From: Candidatus Thorarchaeota archaeon
Lineage (GTDB): Archaea > Asgardarchaeota > Thorarchaeia > Thorarchaeales > Thorarchaeaceae
DNA length: 64,000 nt
Direction of reading: 5' to 3'
NCBI GenBank assembly: GCA_016840855.1
Contig: JAEORO010000069.1
Span: forward strand, 17,825-81,824
The notes under the pieces are model-generated. The model had not been told where the DNA came from. It searched no databases and was given only the letters and a program-made list of their open reading frames with translations. Positions 1-9,819 of the stretch are shown piece after piece; within the stretch, counting starts at the first letter, position 1, and every line of letters begins with the position of its first letter. The position numbers were made by a program, and so were the translations under genes.

Positions 1-411
1 GAGATAACAGAAGCACTTGGTTTCTGTGTCTTTACATCAACTGCAGCGTTTGGTGTCAATCCAGATAACATGGCAAGACTCTATGCAGCTGCGACTGGAA
101 TTGAATTGTCGGAAGAAGAAATGATGCTTACAGGAAGACGTGTTTGCACCATCGAGAAAGCATTCAATGTTACAAGAGGCGCAACACGTGAACACGACAA
201 TCTTCCATGGCGTCTAATGAACGAAGGTGCAGCATCGGGGCCATTGAAGGGTGAGAAGAACTCGCAGGAAGAACTGGACGGAATGCTTGATCGCTACTAT
301 GAACTTCATGGTTGGGATAAGAAAACAAGTTGGCCAACTCGAGAAACACTTGAGATGCTCGAATTGAAGTTTGTGGCGGACTATCTAGAGGAAATAGGGA
401 AACTTCCCTAA
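1..411 (+). CDS. Aldehyde:ferredoxin oxidoreductase (tungsten AOR family), C-terminal part; 5' end outside window
   Basis: Frame open from base 1 (EITEALGFCVF...). AOR C-terminal signatures: GRRVCTIEKAFN, D.LPWRLM.E, LDRYYELHGWD..T.WPT.ETL..LEL. Confidence 0.9.
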   Translation, partial: EITEALGFCVFTSTAAFGVNPDNMARLYAAATGIELSEEEMMLTGRRVCTIEKAFNVTRGATREHDNLPWRLMNEGAASGPLKGEKNSQEELDGMLDRYYELHGWDKKTSWPTRETLEMLELKFVADYLEEIGKLP

Positions 412-413
412 TT

Positions 414-440
414 GAGGGGCTCAGCCCCTCTTCTTATATT
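414..440 (+). terminator. Hairpin plus T-rich tract after the AOR gene
   Basis: GAGGGGC-TCA-GCCCCTC (414-430) followed by TTCTTATATT, immediately after the stop. Confidence 0.6.
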
Positions 441-1472
441 TTGAAGGACGTAAGAATCATGAAAGGTTTCAAAGAATTGGGTGTAGCAATGACGGGTGTC
501 TTTCCAGTCAACGAAGCTGTTGAATTAGCAAAGGTTGCTGAAGCATCAGGTTTGGGTTCAGCTTGGTTTGCTGAGGATTATTTCTTCCGTGGTGGTATAC
601 CTTACATGGCTGCTGCAGCAATGGCTACTGAAAAAATTAGGTTGGGATTGGGTGTTGTCAATCCGTATTCGCGGCACCCAGCATTGATAGCTATGGAATT
701 TGCTACCCTCGATGAGATGTCAAATATGAGGACCGTATTTGGTCTAGGCTCCGGAGTGCCCTTCTGGATGGACCAGATGGGTATCTACGATAAGAAGCCA
801 CTATCAAGAACTCGTGCATGTATTGAACTTGTTCGAAAAGTGATGACTGGTGAGAATGTCAACCATGCTGACAACTTCTTCTCAGCTAAAGATATCAAAC
901 TGGTCTTCAAGCCAGTACGAAAGAGTGCACCTATTTACCTTGCATTTGAGGGACCTAAAGGTCTAGAACTTTCAGGAGAGATAGGTGATGGAGTGATACT
1001 TTCTATTTTCTGTACTCCATCCTATGTTAAATCTGCATGGGAGTGCATTGCCAAAGGTGCCAAAAAAGTTGCCAAGTCATTGGATGATTACGAGATGGTA
1101 GCCTACATGCCCATGGTTATCCATGATGATCTGGACAAGGCAATTAGCATAGCTCGCGAATTCTCAAAGCTATATCTTCCTCACTCCCAAGAGGGAGGTC
1201 CTTTGATGTCTCATGCAAGAGTCAAACCAGAAGACACTATAGCAATGAGAAAAGCAGCTGAGAAAAATGATGATGCGTTGCTAACAGAACTCATCACTGA
1301 TGATATGGTGAAAGAGCTTTGTCTGGTCGGTGATAAGGAGGCTTGCATAAAGAGACTCCAGCAGATGATTGACGCAGGTGCAAATACAATCGTTGCGTTT
1401 CCAGTTCCTGGAACAGAACCAGTAGAGAACGCAAAGATATTGGGCAGAGAGTTCACAAATCAATTACACTAG
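441..1472 (+). CDS. Luciferase-like (LLM) Mer-type oxidoreductase, probably F420-dependent
   Basis: AE.SG..SAWFAED, T..IRLGLGVVNPYSRHPALIA, TLDEMS..R..FGLGSG, IYLA..GPK.L...GEIGDGV. Real start may be the ATG at 459. Confidence 0.85.
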   Translation: MKDVRIMKGFKELGVAMTGVFPVNEAVELAKVAEASGLGSAWFAEDYFFRGGIPYMAAAAMATEKIRLGLGVVNPYSRHPALIAMEFATLDEMSNMRTVFGLGSGVPFWMDQMGIYDKKPLSRTRACIELVRKVMTGENVNHADNFFSAKDIKLVFKPVRKSAPIYLAFEGPKGLELSGEIGDGVILSIFCTPSYVKSAWECIAKGAKKVAKSLDDYEMVAYMPMVIHDDLDKAISIAREFSKLYLPHSQEGGPLMSHARVKPEDTIAMRKAAEKNDDALLTELITDDMVKELCLVGDKEACIKRLQQMIDAGANTIVAFPVPGTEPVENAKILGREFTNQLH

Positions 1473-1485
1473 GAGTCTTGAACAA

Positions 1486-2724
1486 ATGCAAGAACCAGTA
1501 GAACCTTTCTGTTTAGATATAGAGGGCACACCAGATTTGACACCGAATATTAAGAAAAGAAACAGGATGATTGGATACATCACATCTTTTCTTACGGTTT
1601 TTACACTTGGAACTACTGAAATATTCGCATCGTGGTACTCGACTAGAATGGGTGGGACTCCACTTGAGTCTGGATTGGCTTTTGGGATTTTTGGCCTGGT
1701 CTACATGTTTTCACCAGCCATTGGAGGTCGTCTATCAGATGATTTGGGGCGTAAAAAGACGCTCTTAATCTCTACAAGCGGATATATTGTGGTAATCCTA
1801 CTGTACCTCCTTCCTTTCTTTAGCCCTTGGCAACTCATAGCGATACGAGCTATCGAAGGACTGGTGTTTGGGTTCGTAGCACCTACAATCGAGGGGATGG
1901 TGAGTGAGCTCGAGCCAGAATCACAGGTTGCATCATTGGGGAATTTCTCAACCTCTTGGAGTGCATCTATGATTCTACCACCAATGGTAATAGCATATCT
2001 CTCAGGAATCTATGGAGACCAATCTGGAATATTCGTTGTCCTGGGAGTTGAATTTCTTGCACTGACAATTATTGCGGTTTTCCTACAAGGATACAAACGG
2101 AAGCCTAACACTTCATCAACGAATACTCAAGATAACATTTCACTGGACTCAGTAGAGAAGGTGAGTAAGAGCTCACCATTATTCATTGCGTCTTATCTAT
2201 CTGTGATGCTTTGGGGAGTGGTATCTACAATAGTACTTGGTTTGTTTCCATCCTACATTGTAATCCTATCTGATTTAGGATATCCATTCGTAAGTCAGGA
2301 TTTTGGTAATCTCCTTCTAATCTGGAATCTATCTCGTACTGTCACATTCATCGTGATTGCTAGATTATCAGGAGAGCATATGAAACAAGCCATAGTTTCA
2401 GGAGCAATACTCTCAGCAATATCAGGCTTCATGCTTTTCCTCTTCACGGATATTTGGGTATTCGCCATTGCCATGATCCTCTCAGGAATAGCTGTTGGTT
2501 TTAACTACCTCGGGGCGCTTTATTTGGTTGTCTCATCAACTGATATTGAGAAAGGAGCTCATGCAGGACTTGTTGAGAGCATGGGAGGAGTAGGATTATT
2601 CCTTGGGCCCATAATAGGTGGTTGGTTCATGGAAATTGAACTAACACTCCCATATCTAATGTATGCAATCTTTTCAGTTGTTGTCCTTATCCTAATGGTA
2701 GTACTCTTGAGAAAGCACACTTGA
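1486..2724 (+). CDS. MFS transporter
   Basis: About 12 hydrophobic segments; motif A GRLSDDLGRKK; motif B RAIEG. Confidence 0.9.
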   Translation: MQEPVEPFCLDIEGTPDLTPNIKKRNRMIGYITSFLTVFTLGTTEIFASWYSTRMGGTPLESGLAFGIFGLVYMFSPAIGGRLSDDLGRKKTLLISTSGYIVVILLYLLPFFSPWQLIAIRAIEGLVFGFVAPTIEGMVSELEPESQVASLGNFSTSWSASMILPPMVIAYLSGIYGDQSGIFVVLGVEFLALTIIAVFLQGYKRKPNTSSTNTQDNISLDSVEKVSKSSPLFIASYLSVMLWGVVSTIVLGLFPSYIVILSDLGYPFVSQDFGNLLLIWNLSRTVTFIVIARLSGEHMKQAIVSGAILSAISGFMLFLFTDIWVFAIAMILSGIAVGFNYLGALYLVVSSTDIEKGAHAGLVESMGGVGLFLGPIIGGWFMEIELTLPYLMYAIFSVVVLILMVVLLRKHT

Positions 2725-2734
2725 AAGAAAAAAG

Positions 2735-3502
2735 TCATTTCTCTTTCAGGATATCATCGAAAGCTCCTTTGAGACAAGGAGCTTCGTTAATTTTTTTCTT
2801 AGGTGGAAAAGGATATGCTACCTTACTATGAGATAGACCAGATTCGACAAGCATGAATGCGGTTTTGATAGCTACTATCCATGGATCGATGATGGGAACC
2901 TTTAGCTCTTCCATTATAGGTTTGAGATTGACTTCATGGGATAATGCTGTGCATCCAAGAACAATAACGTCTGCACCATGATTATTCAATAGATCTCGAC
3001 ATTCATGAAGAATCTCTTTCTGCGCCTGAGTAGGTTTCTTGGCAATGTCAAGAACAGGCATTTTCAAGTAACGAACTCCAGCACAGAACGACTCGAGCCC
3101 CTCTTTTCTGACCCCATGTTCTATACATCGTTTCAGAGCTTCGCCTTGAACCGTAATTACACCAAAACGAGTTCCTAAGGTAAGAGCTAAGTGAAAAGCA
3201 GTATTTCGTGGTCCAACCACTGGAACCTCCGAAACCTCGCGAGCAGCCTCAAGAACTGGGTCACATGCACAGTCTATCACGATTACATCATAGCCCTTTT
3301 TGTTCGCGAGCACTACTTGTTCTAGGATGAACGGAGAGTTATACGCTTCATCCGTCAGAGACTCAACACTGTGAGTACCATGTCGAGGAGTGAAGTTACC
3401 AATCTCACAACCAGGGGGTGTATGTAAATCAACAAAGGATTTCTTCTTGGGATCTTTCCACCAATCAATACCTGTTGCTCCAATGAGGGCTAATTTTGTC
3501 AT
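2735..3502 (-). CDS. Asp/Glu/hydantoin (allantoin) racemase family protein
   Basis: Two-Cys racemase motifs VIDCACDP and IVLGCT; AAREV..VPVVGP; VPIIDP. Confidence 0.9.
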   Translation of the reverse strand: MTKLALIGATGIDWWKDPKKKSFVDLHTPPGCEIGNFTPRHGTHSVESLTDEAYNSPFILEQVVLANKKGYDVIVIDCACDPVLEAAREVSEVPVVGPRNTAFHLALTLGTRFGVITVQGEALKRCIEHGVRKEGLESFCAGVRYLKMPVLDIAKKPTQAQKEILHECRDLLNNHGADVIVLGCTALSHEVNLKPIMEELKVPIIDPWIVAIKTAFMLVESGLSHSKVAYPFPPKKKINEAPCLKGAFDDILKEK

Positions 3503-3558
3503 ATGATTGCTCTCTCCTATGAAAATACACAGGATATCTACAATGGCTTACTTTGAAA

Positions 3559-4677
3559 CTAGTGGAGCCGTCCTATTATCTCTTCCATTTGCTTGTATTC
3601 GAGCTCAGGATGACCATATCTCTCGGGAGAGAACGCTTTCTTCCCAATCTCAGTGCTCCCAGCAAACCGAAGTCTTTCATGAGCTGAAACAGCTGTAACG
3701 ACCACTTCCATTCCTTCCCTAAGGTTAGCACTCATTATGCCATGTCCATTCTCAGGATCTTGTAGGCAGATGAGGTCAGGAAACATCACTACTGGCTTGC
3801 TATCACACATGGCCATCATATACTCATTCTTTACAACTAATTCGAAACGACCCTTTAGGTTGTCGGGTTTGATTCGGACCAAGACATGCCAATGTCCTGC
3901 TCGATCCTCACCTTTAACCTCTTTGACCTTACCTTGTGTAAGGACTTGCCCACCCATTACATCTAGAAATGCATCAATAGGGTTCTTCTTGTTCGCATTT
4001 GCATCTTGAATTGCAGCTCCAAGTTCGATTGATTTTGAAATGCTGTTTGGAATCACTGCTTTCTTGAGCTGTGCTCCAGATTGATAGTAGTGGTTGTTGG
4101 CTCCAGCACCACCATCCTGAACTACAGCGAATCTTCCGATTTCATCAGCAAGTGCAGGGGATGTAGTTTTATCCACAATGATTATGCTTCCATTCTTGGA
4201 AACAACAGGCATAGGACAGAGCTCAATCCCGTATCCAACAAAAGTAATCATTTGGGTTTCAGGGGCGGATCTTCCAAGACCATCTCCATCAACACACGTA
4301 ATCCCTGCTCTTGCAGCTAATGATAGCATTACAGTTGTATTAGTCCCACCAAGTTCAAAGGGGACAAGGTGATTCACGTTCTTGCCTGTAATTCTCTCAG
4401 ATATCTTCATTGCCTCGTGGAGTTCATATCGAGTTTCCCAAGCTTCAAGCATGTCACCTACTGATTTGAAGGCTTGAACAGAGCCCATATAGCCACCGCA
4501 TACAATAAAGGCATCATCTCTGATTTCGTCGGGTGGAGTTATCTCGTAGACTCTTCCTTTGTTATAGTCCCAATCCACCATTGGCTTCCCGAATGATACA
4601 GGATCGCCACCACCACCGGTTCCAAGTATGCCTACTCCTGTAAGCATATCATATGCATTCCCTTTTGTAAGTTTCAT
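3559..4677 (-). CDS. DUF917 family protein
   Basis: G.GILGTGGGG, PFELGG.N, VDGDGLGRS.PE, KNEYM, FPDLIC. Confidence 0.9.
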   Translation of the reverse strand: MKLTKGNAYDMLTGVGILGTGGGGDPVSFGKPMVDWDYNKGRVYEITPPDEIRDDAFIVCGGYMGSVQAFKSVGDMLEAWETRYELHEAMKISERITGKNVNHLVPFELGGTNTTVMLSLAARAGITCVDGDGLGRSAPETQMITFVGYGIELCPMPVVSKNGSIIIVDKTTSPALADEIGRFAVVQDGGAGANNHYYQSGAQLKKAVIPNSISKSIELGAAIQDANANKKNPIDAFLDVMGGQVLTQGKVKEVKGEDRAGHWHVLVRIKPDNLKGRFELVVKNEYMMAMCDSKPVVMFPDLICLQDPENGHGIMSANLREGMEVVVTAVSAHERLRFAGSTEIGKKAFSPERYGHPELEYKQMEEIIGRLH

Positions 4678-4706
4678 GGTCCCAAAACCCCAATTCTAGA
4701 CCTTGC

Positions 4707-5507
4707 CTACTTTGCGTCTCGAGTCCCTTCCATTGAATGGACGAATTTGTACCAACGTTGCTTTGTTCCAACCTTCGCTCTTCTTTTCCATCCACCAGTC
4801 TTTGGAATGTCCTCAATTAATTGATGCAACTTCTTAGCTCTGGAAATGACCAGGTCCTTCTGCGCTTGGTCAAGTTCTTGAACTGTGGGTACAAAATCAA
4901 TGAATTTCTTGATGTTCTCTGTGACTGTGTAGTAAAAGCCCCAGTCATCAGACAGCATCTTTGCTATGTATTTTCCATTTAGAGCTTTGTCTTGTCCATC
5001 CTCATTTACATCATGCGCAAGAAATGTAATAATTAGGTCTTTCAAGTCCTTGGCATTTATCTCAACAATCTGAGTCTTTTCTAAAAACAGCTCAGCTAGA
5101 GGAATTGTGGGTGAGTCGACATCTAGACGTTTGTTTTTCTTAAAATCGATTTTATGACAGAATTCTAGGTGGTCATAAAAGACATCTATTTTCCGGTCTC
5201 TTTCTTTATCTATGAATAGGTCTCTGAGTGTTGAAGCTCTAGCAAAACTAGGTGGCACCCAATAGTATCCAAGATCATCTCGAAAGAGATTGATTAGTTT
5301 CTGTCGATGATTGTAATATGATACAAAATCTATGTCGGTTACTTCACGGCCCATTTTGATATGAAGATCTGCAAATTCTGGGCTCTTTAATCTAAACGCG
5401 AGACAGCCAATAATCCGGAGTGGAACTCCAAGATCAGCTGCTGCTTTTTCTATTCTTAAGGCTTCATTCATGAAATCATCAAGAATAGGACCATATTTGT
5501 CAGTCAC
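4707..5507 (-). CDS. Uncharacterised Pol-beta-superfamily nucleotidyltransferase-like protein
   Basis: hhG-x-LA (IIGCLAF), then DxD (TDIDFV), then a third Asp (KIDVF); helical C-terminus with EK.Q...KD..D. Confidence 0.65.
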   Translation of the reverse strand: MTDKYGPILDDFMNEALRIEKAAADLGVPLRIIGCLAFRLKSPEFADLHIKMGREVTDIDFVSYYNHRQKLINLFRDDLGYYWVPPSFARASTLRDLFIDKERDRKIDVFYDHLEFCHKIDFKKNKRLDVDSPTIPLAELFLEKTQIVEINAKDLKDLIITFLAHDVNEDGQDKALNGKYIAKMLSDDWGFYYTVTENIKKFIDFVPTVQELDQAQKDLVISRAKKLHQLIEDIPKTGGWKRRAKVGTKQRWYKFVHSMEGTRDAK

Positions 5508-5686
5508 TTGTCAGTGCACCTCGATACTCAGATTACATATGACGATGCTGAATTACATTAATATCTTGTGTCATGTGGCATTATCAGCTTATTTTTCAAA
5601 GTCATATTAAAGTACTGGGATACCGCTATACCATTAAGGATTTAAATTGGCTTAAAGAGAATTTCTTTATCATTATATGAGGTAGT

Positions 5687-6631
5687 TTGATGAGAATTTT
5701 CCTAGCAGCCGATCCACACGGAAGTCAGCAAACATGGGAGAAGATGTGTAGAGCACCAAAAGTGTTCAAAGCCGATGTAGCAATGATGTGCGGAGACCTC
5801 ACTGGCAAGGCAATCATGCCAATTATTCAAGAGAAAGAAGATAGATGGTATGCCTCACCACATGGTAGCAAAAAAACATTCAAGAAGCAAAAGGACTTGG
5901 ATACTTTTATTAAATTCACAAAGGATGAAGGATACTATCCAAAGATCCTAACACCAGAGGAACTTGCCAAACTTCGAGAAACACCAGGCGCCATAACCAA
6001 ATTATTCCAAGATTTAATGCAAGAAAGAATACAGCTATGGATGGATATGGCAAATGAAAGAATTCCAGAAGACATTATGGTAGTTGTCAATCCAGGGAAC
6101 GATGATGACTTATCTATAGATAAGGTCATTCAGGACGATCCGCGGGTCATCTATCCTCTTAAGAAAGTTGTAGATGTAAGAGGGTATCCTATGATTAGCT
6201 TGGAGTGGGTAAATTCCACACCTTGGAACACTCATCGAGAATGCCCTGATGAGGAATTAATGGACAAGCTTGAAGCTGAGTTTGCCCGACTCGAAACGAA
6301 TGATTATTCAAATGTGATATGTAATTTTCATGATCCACCATATAATTCCGGACTGGATACCGCTCCTACATTGGATGAAGAATTCAAGATAAAGAAATCC
6401 GGTGCAATGGAGGTTCTGGGTCCTGTAGGGAGCAAGTCAGTTAGAGCTGTGATTGAAAAGTATGAACCACTTCTTGGTATGCATGGACACATTCACGAAT
6501 CTGTTGGATACCGGCAAATTGGTAGAACACTTTGTGTGAATCCGGGTTCGGAATATAGAGAAGGAATCTTGAAAGGTTTCCTAATCACAGTTGAGGATGG
6601 TAAAGTCCAAGCTGGTAGAGTTGAACTCTAA
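5687..6631 (+). CDS. Calcineurin-like metallophosphoesterase (Icc-related)
   Basis: All five motifs present: ADPHG, CGDLTGK, PGNDD, HDPP, HGHIHE; also NPGSEY. Confidence 0.9.
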   Translation: MMRIFLAADPHGSQQTWEKMCRAPKVFKADVAMMCGDLTGKAIMPIIQEKEDRWYASPHGSKKTFKKQKDLDTFIKFTKDEGYYPKILTPEELAKLRETPGAITKLFQDLMQERIQLWMDMANERIPEDIMVVVNPGNDDDLSIDKVIQDDPRVIYPLKKVVDVRGYPMISLEWVNSTPWNTHRECPDEELMDKLEAEFARLETNDYSNVICNFHDPPYNSGLDTAPTLDEEFKIKKSGAMEVLGPVGSKSVRAVIEKYEPLLGMHGHIHESVGYRQIGRTLCVNPGSEYREGILKGFLITVEDGKVQAGRVEL

Positions 6632-6647
6632 TTCAGTACAAAAATAT

Positions 6648-6682
6648 GGGGAGTGTATCACGCTTCCCGATTCTCTCTTTTT
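6648..6682 (+). terminator. Hairpin plus pyrimidine tract
   Basis: GGGGAGTG-TATCA-CGCTTCCC (8 bp, 2 G-U) followed by TTCTCTCTTTTT. Confidence 0.5.
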
Positions 6683-6747
6683 AGAAAGAAAATAAATAGT
6701 AGAGATATTAACATGGATTTAATAAATTAAATCTGGAAAGGGTTCTG

Positions 6748-7863
6748 ATGACGCTTTTATTAAAGACTAGAACTGATGTGGATGATCTTACAACAGGCTG
6801 CACTTTCTTCGGGACAGGCGGAGGAGGTAGCAAACAGCTTGGTCTCGATATGCTATACCCGCATGTCGATGCTGGAAAAACAATTGAAATCGTAGATGTA
6901 GGAAAAGTTCGTGACAACGACTGGGTTGCTTGTGCATACTACTCAGGCACAATAGCTCCACCAACTCCTGAGATTGAAGCACTGCGTACACGGTTTACAT
7001 GGGATTTCTTTGAAAAGGAGCTAGCAGAAGGTCTAGCATCACTTGAAGAGTATATGGGAGTAAAGTTTGCCGCTGTTGCTCCATTCGAATTGGGTGGAGT
7101 CAATACCCCAGCACCAATCGATGCTGCAGTTAAATATGGTATCCCGTGTGTTGATGGAGATTACTCAGGACGCGCGGTTCCAGAAATTTGTCAAAATACA
7201 GTGTGTGTAAAAGGATATTCTATGGCACCTATGGCTCTTATTGACTGGTTTGGAAATAAGAGCATTGTACAAAATGTGATTAATTATGAGATGGGTGAAC
7301 GCCTTTCAAAGGCACTTAGTGAAGTTGCGTGGGGTAGGCTTGGAAATGTGGCGTTCCCAGTTAAGGGAAAGGACTTTCATGATGCAATTATTCCGAACAC
7401 ATTAACAAAGAGCTATGATGTTGGAAAAATGATCCGAGAATGCAGAGAATCAGGTGATGATCCAGCTGAGAAGATTGTAGAGAGAGTCGGTGGTTGGGTG
7501 TTGTTCAGAGGAGAGGTCGTTGAAAAGACATGGGAGAATAGAGAGGGATATATGTGGGGAGAAACTGAGATTAAAGGTTCAGGCATTAAGCATGGGAAGA
7601 AATTCAAGGTATGGTTCAAGAATGAGAACCACATTACGTGGCTTGATGGAAAACCTTGGATAATGAGCCCAGACATTATTGAGATTATTAATGCTAAAAC
7701 TGGCGAACCAATTACAAACACTGACATAAAGCCAGGCGATAAAGTAAGCGTTTTAGGTATGGAAGGAGAAAAGCTATTCAGAAGTCCAGAAGGTCTGAAG
7801 GTATTAGGACCTCGTCATTTCGGATTTAACCTAGACTATAGACCGATTGAAGAACTAGTATAA
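6748..7863 (+). CDS. DUF917 family protein (second paralog)
   Basis: GCTFFGTGGGG, PFELGGVN, VDGDYSGRAVPE, WFKNEN, SPDII. Confidence 0.9.
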   Translation: MTLLLKTRTDVDDLTTGCTFFGTGGGGSKQLGLDMLYPHVDAGKTIEIVDVGKVRDNDWVACAYYSGTIAPPTPEIEALRTRFTWDFFEKELAEGLASLEEYMGVKFAAVAPFELGGVNTPAPIDAAVKYGIPCVDGDYSGRAVPEICQNTVCVKGYSMAPMALIDWFGNKSIVQNVINYEMGERLSKALSEVAWGRLGNVAFPVKGKDFHDAIIPNTLTKSYDVGKMIRECRESGDDPAEKIVERVGGWVLFRGEVVEKTWENREGYMWGETEIKGSGIKHGKKFKVWFKNENHITWLDGKPWIMSPDIIEIINAKTGEPITNTDIKPGDKVSVLGMEGEKLFRSPEGLKVLGPRHFGFNLDYRPIEELV

Positions 7864-7921
7864 GATTGTAGGGGGCATAGATTGTATCAAAGCTCTTTAC
7901 AAATTAGACAATTGTGCGGTA

Positions 7922-8623
7922 TCAACTAGTCAGTTTTATCTTCACAACATAATGTTTACGCAATCCCGCAGGTTCTTTTAATATCAGTATTCCTTCATAG
8001 TCATCGTTGAAGAATTTAGTGAGATTCTTATCAGGATCTTCCCCACTTTTTCGCATCAACCTCGCAACATGGTAAATCAGTTCCTGAACCCATTTTCGCA
8101 AGTGCTTTCTTTCATTTTCTACTAGATTGGGATTCGCCTCAATGTAGTAATGAATCTCCCAAGCTATCTTACGGTTGTACCATGCAGAAGCAAGGAAGTT
8201 GATTAGCACCATCGCAATTGCTAGTACAGCTAGAGGAATAATGAAATCCTGTAAGAAAGCCCACTGAAAAACCCATGTGAGTAAAAGTACAGGCGCAACA
8301 ATAGTGAGTAAAGCCATTGATGCAAAAGAGAAGTACTGCTTTCTATTGAGCCAGCCTTCAATGCCTGGAATCTTAGGACCAATTGCAGCAAGCTTATGCA
8401 GAACCTTTCGAATGACTCCCCATTGTCTTATGAAACTTTGGGGCAATTCACCTTTGTTGATCTTCTTATCGATAAAGGCAAGTTCGTAAGTTCTGTTTAT
8501 TCGATAGCCATCAAAGACAGTAATGAGGTTTCGACTAAATTTCAAGTCCAATTCAGAGGGGTTGAAATTAAAATCGTCCAAAGAGATAGGAGTTCCTTTC
8601 TTGCGTTTTGATTGCTGACTCAT
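7922..8623 (-). CDS. Hypothetical two-TM membrane protein
   Basis: 233-aa ORF with a central hydrophobic hairpin and soluble flanks; no family recognised. Confidence 0.7.
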   Translation of the reverse strand: MSQQSKRKKGTPISLDDFNFNPSELDLKFSRNLITVFDGYRINRTYELAFIDKKINKGELPQSFIRQWGVIRKVLHKLAAIGPKIPGIEGWLNRKQYFSFASMALLTIVAPVLLLTWVFQWAFLQDFIIPLAVLAIAMVLINFLASAWYNRKIAWEIHYYIEANPNLVENERKHLRKWVQELIYHVARLMRKSGEDPDKNLTKFFNDDYEGILILKEPAGLRKHYVVKIKLTS

Positions 8624-8786
8624 CTTTCATAGTCCTCTTTCTGCAGGCTCATGTTATCAGCTAATTAACATTTGTGATTTTGAGCTAAATCGCAACCGTC
8701 TGGTTTAAGAACTGCCCTGTTCGAACACAATTTAGCAACTCCGGGTGACCTTTAAAAAAGGGGTACTTCAATGGTGAAATAGCACA

Positions 8787-9716
8787 ATGTCCAACAATGA
8801 TAGACTTCCAGATATCGAGTATATTGGCACAGATCCTTATAGTGAGAAACAGCATGAGATACAAATTAATCCAAATTGCGCCAGATTCGTTCTTCCTCGA
8901 GAAAAGAAAGGAAAAGAATACCAAGCAGTTTTTGATGCAGAATGGAAGGAAGTCATATCGTTTGAGGTGTGTGAGGTTCATTATGGTAAGGATGATCAAA
9001 CATGGCCAATTGATGAAGTACTACCCGATGATTTCAAACCATTGGGAACGGTGGGCCTGCTTTTTCTCTATATGATGCCCTTTGGTCAAGCATTCTTTCC
9101 GGTATGGGGCAAAATACCACTAGAAGATGTACTAAAAGTTCGAAGCCTCATAGAAGAACGATTGCAGCGACCGTCATTACCTGGATTAGCTCACCATGGA
9201 ACAGCAGCGGCTGTAAAATATGTACTTCAGCATTGTGAGATTCAAAGTCAGAAAAGAGCAGAGTGGTATGATTGGACAAAGAAAGGACGTATGTCTAAAC
9301 CAAATCCTAAATTCCGAGAAATAGGACCGAATTATGTTTACTGTAAAGAGGGGATGGCAATTGACTTCTACGGTGCAGGTGAGCAGCTGGAGCAGATGTC
9401 AACATTTTGGCCTTGGAGACTGGTAAAAAGAGTCTTTGCGGATCACAACGAGCTCGTTGTACGATACCAATGGTATGAGGACTCCTATATGTTTGAACAA
9501 CAGGTATTGGAAGATGATGATCGCCATGAGTTCGGAGAAAAAGCGGAAGCAGCACTTGCATCTTACCAATCCTCTGATGATGTAAAAGAGCTCCTTTTGA
9601 TAAGACCTTGGTCATTTCCTTCAAAATTTCATCGAACATGGGATAAACTAGAGGCTTTTTCGAGCAAAGCGAGCAGAAACAGATTCCCGCCAATCTATGA
9701 CTTTCAAGAAGAGTAG
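8787..9716 (+). CDS. Hypothetical protein
   Basis: 309-aa ORF with GGTGA upstream of the ATG; aromatic-rich; no family recognised. Confidence 0.7.
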   Translation: MSNNDRLPDIEYIGTDPYSEKQHEIQINPNCARFVLPREKKGKEYQAVFDAEWKEVISFEVCEVHYGKDDQTWPIDEVLPDDFKPLGTVGLLFLYMMPFGQAFFPVWGKIPLEDVLKVRSLIEERLQRPSLPGLAHHGTAAAVKYVLQHCEIQSQKRAEWYDWTKKGRMSKPNPKFREIGPNYVYCKEGMAIDFYGAGEQLEQMSTFWPWRLVKRVFADHNELVVRYQWYEDSYMFEQQVLEDDDRHEFGEKAEAALASYQSSDDVKELLLIRPWSFPSKFHRTWDKLEAFSSKASRNRFPPIYDFQEE

Positions 9717-9765
9717 AAGAAACGACTTTGATCATACTTTGATATTGTAAGGATAGCTATAGTTG

Positions 9766-9805
9766 AAAAAAAAAGAAATGAAGAAGAGAGCTTGCGGCTC
9801 TCTTC
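9766..9805 (-). terminator. Hairpin plus poly-T terminator downstream of the APC permease
   Basis: GAAGAGAGC-TTGCG-GCTCTCTTC perfect 9-bp stem (9783-9805); A-run at 9766-9774 reads as a U-tract on the minus strand. Confidence 0.7.
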
Positions 9806-9819
9806 AAATATTCTATAAT

